NCBI RefSeq assembly: GCF_009914755.1
Contig: NC_060925.1
Direction: 5' to 3' (one strand)
DNA length: 64,000 bases
Source of the DNA: the human T2T-CHM13v2.0 reference genome, Homo sapiens
The notes under the pieces are model-generated. The model did no database searches. It was not told where the DNA came from and saw only the letters and a list, made by a program, of their open reading frames with translations. This document shows positions 46,861-59,600 of the stretch, piece by piece. Each line of letters starts with the position of its first letter. Within the stretch, counting starts at the first letter, position 1. The position numbers and the translations under genes are program-made.

Positions 46861-46861
46861 C
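46829..46861 (+). pseudogene. U1 snRNA 5'-end fragment (~nt 1-33)
   Basis: ACACTTACCTGGCAGGcaGGAGAT--CATAATCAC versus U1 ATACTTACCTGGCAGGGGAGATACCATGATCAC. Confidence 0.7.
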
Positions 46862-46892
46862 CATTCAAGTTTTATTATGTGATTGCAACAAT

Positions 46893-47706
46893 TCATTTAC
46901 ATCTATAGGCTCTACTTCTAATACTAGTTTTCTTGCTATTTCTATCACATCTGTAGTTACAATCCTCTGCTGAATCCTTGATCCCCTCAAAGCCATCAAT
47001 GAGAGTTGAATCAACTTTTTTCAAACTCCTGTTAATGTTGGTATTTTGACATCCTCCATGAGTCACGAATGTTCGCCACATCTAGAATGGTGAATCATTT
47101 CCAGAAGGTATACAAAGAACTTTGCCTAGACCAGAGAAGTTACTATCAATGGTAGCTATAGCCTTACAAAATGTATTTTTTTACATAATAAGACTTGAAT
47201 ATTGAAATAACTCTTTGATCCATGGGTGGAAGGATGGATGTTGTATTAGAAGGCACAAAAAAAGCATCCATTTCCTTGTACATCTTCATCAGTAATCTTG
47301 GGTGACCAGGTGCATTGTCAATGAACAGTAACATTGTGAAAGGAACCTTTTTATCTGAGTAGTATGTCTCAACGGTGTGCTTAAAATATTCAGTAACCAT
47401 GGGTAAACAGATGAGTTATCATCCAGCCTTTGTTATTTTATTTATTGAGCACAGGCAGAGTAGATTTAGCATAACTCTTAAGGGCCCCAAGATTTTTGAA
47501 ATAGTAAATGAGCGTTGGTGCATGTTCTTTGAAGTTTGAAACCAGGCATTAACTTCTCCTCTCTAGCTATAAAAGTCCTGGATGACATCTTATTCTAATA
47601 GAAGGCTGTATGAGCTACATTTAAAGTCCATTATTATAGCTAGATCTCCTAGATAACTAGCTGCAGCTTCTGCATCAGCAGTTGCTGCATCAAATTGCAT
47701 TTTTAT
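46893..47706 (-). pseudogene. Tigger1 transposase pseudogene, DDE/C-terminal part
   Basis: ORF 47164..47400 LLFIDNAPGHP...PSNTTSILPPMDQRVISIFKSYY carries pogo DDE_1 motifs; frameshifted, with an internal deletion near 47520. Confidence 0.88.
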
Positions 47707-50700
47707 AAAACTAGAAACAAGCTATCTGTGAAAATGTTTTGTGATGTGACACTTTATCTCACAGAATGGAATCTGTGTTTTGATTCCCCAGGTTGTAAAC
47801 ACTCTTTCAGTAGTATCTACAAAAGGACATTTCAGAGCCATTGAGGCCCATAGTGAGAAACCAAATATCCTGCAATAAAAATTAGAAACAAGCCATCTGT
47901 GAAAATACTTTGTGATATGTGCATTCATCTCACAGAATGGAACCTGTGTTTTGATTCACCAGGTTGGAAACACTCTTTGTAGAATCTTCGAAGGGACATT
48001 TCTGAGCCCATTGATGCCCATAGTGAAAAACTTAATATCCTGCCATGTAAACTAGAATCAAACTATCTGTCAAAATGTTTTGTGATGTGTGGATTTACTT
48101 CACAGAATGGAGCCTGCATTTTGATTCAGCAGGTTGGACAATTCTTTTTGTAGAATCTACGAAGGGATATTTCAGAGCCTATTGACACCTATAGTGAAGA
48201 ACCGAATATCCTGTGATAAAAACTAGAAACAAGCTATCTCTGAAAATGCTTTGGGATTTGTGGATTCATCTCACAGAAAGGAACCTGTGTTTTGAGTCAC
48301 CATGTCAGAAACACTCTTTTTGTAGAACCTACGAAGGGACATTTCTGAGCCCATTGAAGCCTATAGAAAAAAATCAAATATCCCCCTGTAAAAACTAGAA
48401 GCAATCTATCTGTAAAAATGCTTTGTGATGTGTGGATTCATCTCACAGAATGAAACCTGTGTTTTGATTTAGCAGGTTGGAAACACTCTTTTTGCAGAAT
48501 CTATGACCGGACATTTCTGAGCCCATTGATGCCTACTGTGAAAACCTAATATCCCGCATTAAAACTAGAAACAAGCAATATGTGAAAATGCTTTGTGATG
48601 TGTGGATTCATCTCACAGAATGGTACCTGTGTTTTGATTCACCAAGTTGGAAATGCTCTTTTTGTAGAATATACAAAGGGACATTTTTGAGCTCATTGAA
48701 GCCTATAGTGAAAAGTTGAAAATCCAGCAATAAAAACTAGAAACAAACTATCTGTGAAAATGTTTGTGATTTGTGGATTCACCTCACAGAATGGAACCTG
48801 TGTTTTGATTCAGCAGGTTAGAAACACCTTTTAAACAATGTATGAATGGACATTTCTGAGCCCATTGATGACTACAGTTAAAACTTTAATATCCAACATT
48901 AAAAGTAGAAACAAGCTATATGTGAAAATGCTCTGGGGTGTGTCGATTAATCTCACAAAAAACACCCACGTCTTTTATTTTACCGGGTTGGAAACTGTCT
49001 TTGTAGAATATATGAATAAACATTTCTGAGCCATTTGATACCTTCAGTGAAAAACCTAATATCCTATGATAAAAACTAGAAACAAGCTATCCGTGAAAAT
49101 GTTTTGTAATGTGTGAATTCATCTCACAGAAAGCAACCTGTGTTTTGATTCACCAGGTTTGAAACATGCTTTTGGTAGAATCTATGAAGAGACATTTCCA
49201 AACCCACTGGAGCCTACAGTAAAAAACTGAATATCCTGCAAAAGAAACCTAGAAACAAGGTGTCTGTGAAAATGCTTTTTAATGTGTGGATTCATCTCAC
49301 AAAATGGAACCAGGTGGGAAACACTGTTTTTGTAAAATCTAAGAAAAGACATTTCTGAGCCTATTGAGGCCTATAGTGATAAACCAATTATCACACGTTA
49401 AAACTAGAAACAACTTATCTGTGAAAATGCTTTGCGATGTATGGATTCATCTCACAGAGTTAAACCTTTGTTTTGACTTAACATGTTGGGAAAACTCTTT
49501 TTGTAGAATGCATGAAGAGAGATTTCTGAGCCAATTGATGCTTATAGTGAAAAACTGAATACCCCACGATGAAAACTAGAAGCAAGCTACTAGTAAAAAT
49601 GCTTTGGGATGAGTGGATTCTTCTCACAGAATGCAACCTGCGGTTTGATTCACCAGGTTGGAAGCACTGTTTTTGTAGTATATACAACAAAGCATTTATG
49701 AGCACATTGATACCTACAGTGAAAAACCAAATATGTCACCATAAAAACAGAAAGCAACCTATTTGTGAAGATGTTTTGTGATGTGTGGATTCATCTCACC
49801 TAATGGAGCCTGTTTTTTGGTTCAACAGGTTGGAAGCAGTCTTTTTGTAAAATCTACGACTGGAGAACTCTGAGCTCTTTGATGCCTGTAGTAAAAAACC
49901 TATTATCCTGTGATAAAATCTAGAAACAAGCTATGTATGAAAATGCACTGTGATGTGTGGATTCATCTCACAGAATGGAATCTGTGTTTTTATTCACCAG
50001 GTTGGAAACACTCTTTTTGTAGAATATATGAAGAGACATTTCTGAGTTCATTGAGGCCTATAGTGAAAAACCAAATATTTCACAACAAAAACTAGAAACA
50101 AGACAGCTGTGAAAATGCTTTGTGATTCATCTCACAGAATGGAACCTGTGTTTTATTTAGCAGGTTTGAAACTCTCTTTTTGCTAAATTTATGAATGGAC
50201 ATTTCTGAGACCATTGATGCCTCTGGTGAAAAACTGAATATCCTGCCTAAAAAACTAGAAACAAGCTATACGCGAAAATGCATTGTGATGTGTGGATCCA
50301 TTTTACAGAATGAAACTTGTGTTTTGATTTAGCAGATTGGAAACACTTTTTTTGTAGAGTCTATGAATGGACATTTCTCACATTTCTGATGCCTATAGTA
50401 AAAAGAAAATACATACTGCATAAAAACTAGAAACAAGCTATATTTGAAAATACTTTGTAATGAGTGAATTAATCTCACAGAATAAAACTTTTTGATTCAC
50501 CAGCTTGGAAGCACTCTTTTTGTAGAATCTGTGACCAGATATTTTTGAGCCCATTGTTGAAAAACTGAAAATCCCACATTAAATCTAGAAACAAGCTGTA
50601 TGTGAAAATGCTTTCTGATGTGTAGATTCATATTACAGAAGGGAACCTGAGTTTCAATTCACCAGGTTGGAGTCACTCTTTTTGTGGAATATATAAAGGG

Positions 50701-53588
50701 TCATTTCTGAGCCCATTGATGCTTACGGTGAAAAACCGAATATCCCATGATAAAATCTAGAAACAAGCTACTGTGAAAATGCTTTGTGATGTGTGGATTC
50801 ATCTCACAAAATGGAAAATGTGACTTAATTCAGCAAGTTGGAAACACCCTTTTTGTAGAAGATACGAAGGGACATTTCTGAGCCCATTGAGGCCTAGAGT
50901 GAAAAACCGAATATCCCACAAAAATCACTAAAAACAACCTATTGATAATAATGTTTTGTGATGTGTACATTCACTTCACAGAAGGAAACCTGTATTTTGA
51001 TTCAGGAGGTTGGAAACGCTCTATTTGTAGAATGTACAGACAGACATTTCTGAGTCCATTGACGCTTACAGTAAAAAAACTTAATATCCTGCATTAAAAC
51101 TAGACACAAGCTACACGTGAAAATGCTCTGGATGTGTGGATTCATTTCACAGAATGGAAACTGTTTTGATTCACCAGGCTGGAAACACACTCTCTTTATA
51201 AAATATATGAAGGAACATTTCTGAGCCCATTGACACTCACAGCAAAAAAACGAAAATCCCCCCAAAAATTAAAAACAAGCCACATGGGAAAATGCTGCAT
51301 GATATTTGAATTCATCTCATGGAAAGAAACCTGTGTTTTGATTCACCAGGTTGGAAACACTGTTTTTGTAGAATATACAAAGGGACATTCTCAGCCCATT
51401 GTAGCGCATAGTGAATAACTGAATATCTTGCAATAAAAACTAGACACAAAAAAACTAGACACAAAAAACTAGACTAGAAAATGCTTTGTGCTGTACGGAT
51501 TCATCCCAAAGAATGGAATCTGTGTTTTCATTTAGCAGGTTGGAAACACTTTTTTGTAGAGTCTACAAATGAACATTTCTGAGTCCTTTGTCACCTATAG
51601 TGAAAATGGAATATCCTGCATAAAAACTAGAAACAAGCTATATTTGAAAATGCTTTGTGCTATGTTGATTCATCTCACAGAATGGAACCTCTATTTTGAT
51701 TGCCCAGGTTAGAAACACTCTTTTTGTAGAATCTACAAAGGGGCATTTCTGAGCCCATTGATGCCTATATTGAAAGACAGAATATCCCCTGATAAAAACT
51801 AGAAACAAGCTATCTGTAAAAACACTATGTGATGCATGGATTCATTTCATAGAATAAATCCTGTGTTTTAATTTACCAGGTTGTAAGCACTCTTTGCAAA
51901 CTCTACCACCGGACATTTCTGAGCCCTTTCACCCCTATTGTGAAAAACCAAAAATCCCATGATAAAAACTGGAAACAAGCTATCTGTGACAATGCTTTGT
52001 GATGTGTGGATTCATCTAACAAAATATAACCTATGTTTCGATTAAGCAGGTTGGAAATACTCTTTGTAGAATCTAAAAATGGACATTTCTGAGCTTTCTG
52101 GTGCCTATAGTGAAAAACCAGATATGCCACATGAAACTAGAAACAAGTTATATGTGAAAATACTTCTAGATTTGTGGATTCATATAATAAAATGGAACCT
52201 GTGTTTTGGTTTACCAAGTTGAAAGCACTCTTTTTGTAGAAGCAACGACTGGACATTTCTGAGCCCATTGATGCCTATAGTGAAAAACCGAATACCCTGC
52301 ATTAAGACTAGAAACAACATATCTGTGAAAATGCTTTCTTACATGTAGATTGTTTTCACAGAATGGAACCCGTGTTTTGATTCACCAGGTTGGGAACACT
52401 CTTTTTGTTTGTACAAAGGTACATTTCTGAGCCCATTGACATCTATAGTAAAAAATTGAATATCCCACAATAAAAACTAAAAACAAGCTATATGAGAAAA
52501 TGTTTTGTGTTGTGTGGATTCATCTCACAGAATGGAACCTCTGTTTTGATTCACCAGGTTGGAAACACTCTTTTTTTAGAATGTACGAACCAATATTTCT
52601 GAGCCCATTGATGACTACAGTGAAAAATGGAGTATTCTGCATAGAAACTAGTAACAAGCTATATGTGAAAATACTTTGTGATGTGTGGATTCAATTCACA
52701 GAATGGAACCTGTGTTTTGATTCACCAGGGTGGATCACACTTTTTGTAGAATATACAAAGGGACATTTCTGAGGCAATTGAGGCCTAGAGTGAAAAACTG
52801 AATATCTCGTGATAAAAACTAGAAACTACCTATCTGAGAAAATGCTTTGTACTGTGCATATTCACCTCACAGAATGGAACATGAGTTTTGGTTCACCAGG
52901 TTGGAAATACTCTATTGATAGAATATATGAAGCAACACTTCCATTACCACTGGGCCCATAGTGAAAAACCAAATATCCATCATAAGAACTAGAAACAAGG
53001 TATCTGTGAAAATGTTTTGTGATGTGTGGATTTATCTCACAAAATGTAACCTCCGTTTTGATTCACCAGGTTGGAAACACTTCTTTTGTAGAATCTACGA
53101 ATAAGTGTTTCTGAGCCCGTACAAAAAACTGAATATCCTGCTGTAAAAACTAGAAACAAGCTGTGAAAATGCTTTGTGATGAGTGGATTCATCCCACAGA
53201 ATGCAACCTGTGTTTTGATTCAACAAGTTGGAAACACTCTTTTTGTAGTATATACGAAAAGACATTTCTGAGCCCATTGATGCCTGTAGTGAAAAACCAA
53301 ATATACCACGATAAAAACTGGAAACAACCCGTCTGTGAAAATGTTTTGTCATGAGTGGATTCATCTCACTAAATAAATCCTTGTTGGGTTCACCAGGTTG
53401 TAAACAGTCTTTTTTTAGAATTACGACTGGGACAACTCTGCACCTTTTGATGCCTATAGTGAAACACCAAATATCTTGCAATAGAAACTAGACAAAAACT
53501 ATCTGTGAAAATGCTTTGTCATCTGTGGATTCATCTCACCAAATAGAGCCAGATTTTTGTTTCACCAACTTGGAAACACTTTTTTCTT

Positions 53589-53629
<41 letters not shown>

Positions 53630-56600
53630 TGGAATCTATAACCATACAATTCTGAGCCCTTTGATGTCTATAGTGAAAAACTGAATATCCCATGATAAAA
53701 ACTGGACACAACCTATCTGTGAAAATGTTTTGTCATGTATGGGTTCATCTCACCAAATGGGGCATGGTTTTGGATCACCAAGTTGGAAACAGACTGGACA
53801 ATGCTACACCCTTTGACGCCTACAGTGAAAAACCAAATATCCCGCGATTAAAGCTAGAAAAAAGCTATCTAAGAAAACGCTTTGTGATGTGAGTATTCAT
53901 ATTGCAGAATGTAACTTGTGTTTAGATTAACCACGTTGGAAATACTCTTTTTGTAGGATCTACAAAGTGATATTTCTGAGCTTATTGGTGCCTGTACTGA
54001 AAAACCTAATATGCTGAGATAAAATCTAGAAATAATCTATTGGTTAAAAGGCTTTGTGATGTGCAGATTCATCTCACAGAATGGAAACTGTGTTTTGATT
54101 CACCAGCTTGGAAACACTTTTTTTGTTGTATATATGAAGAGATGTTTCTGAGCCCATAGAGGCCTATAGTGAAAAACCAAATATCCCGCATATAAACTAG
54201 AAACAAGCAACATGGCAAAATACTTCCTGATGTGTGGATTCATCTGAAGGAATGGAGCCTGTGCTTTGCTTCTCCAGGTTAGAAACACTTTTTTGTAGAA
54301 TATACAAAGGGACATTCCTGAGCCCATTAAAGCCCATAGTAAATAACTGAATATCTCACAATAAAAACTAGAAACAAGGTTTTTGTGAAAATGAATTGTG
54401 ATGTGTGGATTCATCTCACATAATTTCACCTATGTTGTGATCCAACAGGTTGGGAAAACTTTTTTTCTACAATATGCGAAGCCACATTTCTGATACCATT
54501 TTTGCCTACAGTGAAAAACTGAATATCCTGCGATAAAACTAGAAACAAGCTATCTGTGAAAATGCTGTGTGATATGTGAATTCATCTCACAGAATGGTAT
54601 CTGTGTTTGAATTGAGTAGGTTAGAAACACTCTTTTTGTAAAATTGATGAACAGACATTTTTGAGCTCTTTGTCAGCTGTGGTGAAAAATTGAATATCCT
54701 GTATAAAAACCAGAAACAAGCTATTTTTTAAAATGCTTTGTGATGTGTGCATTCATCTCACAGAGTGGAACATTTATTTTGACTTACCAAATTAAAAACA
54801 CTATTTTTGTAGAATATACGAACAAGCATTCCTGAGCCCTTTGACTCCTATAGTGAAAAATCCAATGTCCCGCGATAAAAACTGGAAACAATCTATGTAT
54901 GAAAATGCTTTGTAATAAGTGGATTAGCCCCATGGAATGTAGCCTGTGTTTTTTGGTTCACCATGGTAGAAATAGTCTTTTTGTAGAATCTACAAATGGA
55001 TATTTCTGAGGCCATATTCACCTGTAGTGAAAAACCGAATATCCTGTGATTAAAAACTAGAAACAAGCTATGTGGGAAAATACTTCATGATGTGTGGATT
55101 CACCTTATATAATGGAACCTGTGTTTTGATTTACCAAGTTGGAAACACTCTTTTTGTAGAATATACAAAGGGATATTTCTGAGCCCATTGAAGCCCACAG
55201 TGAATAATCGAATATCTCTGGATATAAACTAGAAAAAAAGTATCTGTGAAAATGCTTTGTGATTTATGGATTCTTCTCTCAGAATGGAATCTGTATTTTG
55301 ATTTAGCAGATTGGAAACATTCTTTTTGTAGAATCTACAAATGGCCATTTCTGAGCCCTTTGTTGTTTATAGTGAAAATTGAATATCTTGCATAAAAACT
55401 AGAAACAAGCTATATCTGAAAATGCTTTGTGATGTGTGGATTCATCTCGCAGAATGGAACCTCTGTTTTGATTCACCAAATTGTAAACACTTTTTTTTTT
55501 TTGTAGAATCTATGGAAGGGCACTTCTGAGCCCATTGATGCCTATAGTGAGAAAATGAATATCTCGTGATAAAAACTAGAAACAAGCTATCTGTAGTAAT
55601 GGTTTGTGATGTGTGGATTCACCTCACAGAATGAAACCTACATTTTAATTTACCAAGTTGGAAACACTCTTTTTGTAGAATCTAGGAACAAACATTTCTG
55701 AGCCTTTTGTCACCTGTAGTGAAAAATAGAATATCCTGCATAAAAACTAGAAACAAGCTATATTTGAAAATGCTTTGTGATATGTGGAGTCATCTCACAG
55801 AATTGAACCAACGTTTTGATTCAGCACTTTTGTTTTTTTGTAGAATCTACAACCAAACGTTTCTGAGCCCATTGATGCTTACAGTGAAAAACTTAATATT
55901 TCGCATTAAAACTAGAAACAAGCTATCTGTGAAAATGCTTTATGATGAGTGCATTCTTCTCACAGAATGCAACATATGTTTTGATTCACCAGGTTGGAAA
56001 CACTCCTTTTGTAGAATCTACAAACGGACATATCTGAGCCCTTTGATGCCTATAGTGAAAACAAATTATCCCACATAGAAACTAGAAGAAGCTATATGTG
56101 AAAATTCTTAGTGATATGTGGATTCTCTCACAGAATAGAACCAGTGTTTTGATTCTGCAGGTTGGAAGCACTGTTTTGTAGAATCTATGGCTGGGTTTCT
56201 GAGGCCATTGATGCCTATAGTGAGAAACAAAATATCCTGCGATAAAAAGTGGAAACAATATATCTGTGAAAATGCTTTGTCATGAGTAGATTAGTCCCAC
56301 CAAATGTAGCCTGTTTTTTGATTCACCAGATTGGAAACAGTCTTTTTGTAGAATCCACGACTGGACAACTCTGAGCCCTTTGAGGCCTGTGGAGAAAAAC
56401 CAAATATCCTGCAATCAAATCTAGATACAAGCTGTTGGTGAAAATTCTTGTGATGTGTTTATTTATCTCACAGAATGAAACCTGTGTTTTTATTCACTGG
56501 GTTGGAAACACTGTTTTTGTAAGATCTAAGAACAGACATTTCTGAGCTTTTCTCACCTATAGTGAACAACTGAATATCCTGCATAAAACTAGAAACAAGT

Positions 56601-59600
56601 GATATTTGAAAATGCTTTGTGATGAGTGGACTTACCTTACAGAATGGAAACTCCATTTGGATTCACCCCATTGGAAACACTCTTTTTGTTGAACGTACAA
56701 ATGGACATTTCAGAGCCCACAGTAACCTAAAGTGAAAAATGGAATATCCCATGATAAAAACTAGAAACAAGCTATATGTGAAAATGCTTTGTGATGTGTG
56801 GATTCATTTCACAGAATGGAACCTGTGTTTTGATTCATCAGGTTAAAAATGCTCTTTTTGCAGTGTATACAAAAAGACATTTCTGACTCCATTGAGGCCT
56901 ATAGCGAAAAACGGAATATCGCTCATGAAAACTAAACACAAGCCACATGGGAAAATACTTCATGATGTGTGGATTTATCTCACGGAATTGTACCTATGTT
57001 TTGATTCACCAGGTTGGAAACATTCTTTTCATAGAATATGCAAAGTGACATTTCTGAGCCCATTGAAACCCACAGTGAAAAACCGAATATCTCACAATAA
57101 AAACTAGAAACAAGGTATCTGTGGAAATGCTTTCTGATGTGTGGATTCATCTCACAGAATGGAACCTGTATTTTGACTTAGCAGGTTGGAAATACTCTGT
57201 TTGTAGAATCCAGAAACGGGCATTTCTGAGCCCTTTATTGCCTATAGTGAAAATGGAATATCCTGTATAAAAAATATAAACAAGCTATATTTTAAAATGC
57301 TTTGTGATGTTAGGACTCATCTGCCAGAATGAAACCTCTGTGTTGATTCAACAGGTTGGAAACACTTTTTTTGTAGAATCTACGAATGGGCATTTCTGAG
57401 TCTATTTATGCCTATGGTGCAAAACCGAATATCCCACCATAAAAACTGGAAACAACCTAACTGTGAAAATGTTTTCTGATGTGACGATTCATCTCATAAA
57501 ATGGATCCTGGTTTTTGGTTCATCAGGTAGGAAACAGTCTTTTTATAGAATCCACGAAAGGACATTTCCCAGCCCATTGAAACCTATAGTGAAAATCCGA
57601 ATATCCTGTGATAAAACTAGAAAAAAGCTATCTGTGAAAATCTTTGTGACGTGTGGATTCAACTCTTTTTGTAGAATGTGTGAATGGACAACTCTGAGCC
57701 CATTTACACTTATAGTGAAAAACTGAATATACTGTGATAAAAACTAGAAACACACTATCTGTGAAAATGTTTTGTGATGTGTGGATTAATGTCACAGAAT
57801 GGAACCTGTGTTTTGATTCACCAGGTTGGACACACTGTTTTGGTGGAATCTATGAAGAGAAAACTCTGAACCCATTGATGCCTATAGTGAAAAACCTCAT
57901 AAAATACAAAAAGCGAGCTATCTGTGAGAATGCTTAGTGATTTGTGGATTCATCTCACAGAATGGAACCTGTGTTTTGATCCACCAGGTTGGAAAGACTC
58001 TTATTGTAAAATGTACAAAGGGACATTTCTGAGCCCGTTGATGCATATAGTGGAAAACTGAATATCTTACAATACAAACTAAGAACAAGCTATCCATGAA
58101 AATATTTTGCGATATGCAGATTCATCTCACAGAAGGGAACCTGTGTTTTGATTTACCAGGTTGGAAACACTTTTTTTGTAGAATGCATGGTGGGACATTT
58201 CTGAGTCTATTTATTCTTAGAGTCAAAAACCGAATATCCCACAACATAAACTAGAAATAAGCTTTCTGTGAAAATGCTTTGTGATGTTTGAGTTTATCTC
58301 ACAGAATAAAACCTGTGTTTTGATTCAGTAGGTTAAAAACACTCATTTAGGAGAATGTACAATGGACATTTGTGAGCCCATTGACACCTATAGTGAAAAA
58401 CTGAACATCTCTTGATAAAAACTAAAAACAAACTACCTGTGAAAACGCCTTGTTGTGTATGGATTCATCTCACAGAACATAACCTGTGTTTTGATTCACC
58501 ACGTTGGAAAATCTCTTTTTGTAGAATGTACGACAGGACAACTCTGAGTCCATGGATGCCTATAGTGAAAAACCTAACATTTGAATAAAAACAAGCAAAA
58601 AGCTTTATGTGAAAATGCTTTGTGGTGTGTAAATTCATCTCACAGGTTGGAAACTGTGTTTTGATTCACCAGGTTGGAAACACTATTTTTGTAGAATCTA
58701 TGAATGGACATTTCTGAGCACATTGGCGCCTTTGTGAAAAATCCAATATTCTGCATAAAAACTAGAAGCAAGCTATGTGTGAAAATTCTTTGTAATGTGT
58801 GGAGTCATCTTACAGAATGGAACCTGTGTTTTTATTCACCAGGTTGGAAACATTCTTTTTCTGGAATATACAAAGGAATATTTCTGAGCCCTTTGGTGAC
58901 TATAGTAAAAGAACGAATATTCCACTCTAAAAACTAGAAACAAGCTATCTGTCAAAATAATTTGTGATGTGTGGATATATCTCACTGAATGGAATCTGTG
59001 TTTTGATAAACCAGGTTGAAAACATTCTTTTCGTAGAGTATAAGAAGGGACTTTTCTGAGTGCATTCATGCCTATAGTGAAAAACCGAATATCCCTTGAT
59101 AAAAACTAGAAACAAGCTATATATGAAAATGCTTTGTGATGGGTGGATTCAGCTCACAGAATTGAACCTGTGTTATGATTCACTAGGTCGGAAACACTCT
59201 TTTTGTAGAATCTATGAAAGGATATTTTTGAGCCCATTGATGCCTATAGTGAAAAATCAAATATCCTGTGATAAAAACTAGACACAACCTATTTGTGAAA
59301 CTGGCTTTGCGATGTGTGGATTTGTCTCTCTTAATGGAAACTGTGTTTTAATAAACCAAGTGAAAACACTCTTTTTGTAGAATCTACAAATGAACATTTT
59401 TTATCACATTGATGCCTATGGTAAAAAACTGATTATCCCACAATAAAAACTAGAAACAAGCTATCTGTGAAAGTGTTTTGTGATGTGTGGATTTGCCTCA
59501 CAGAATGGAACCTGTGTTTTGATTCACCAGGTTGGAGATGCTCTATTTGTAGAATATACGAAGGGACATTTCTGAGCCCATTGACCTCTATAGTGAAAAA

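Noticed and set aside
46829-46861. Functional U1 snRNA gene
   Set aside because: Only ~33 of 164 nt, with indels and no Sm site or recognisable snRNA promoter context.
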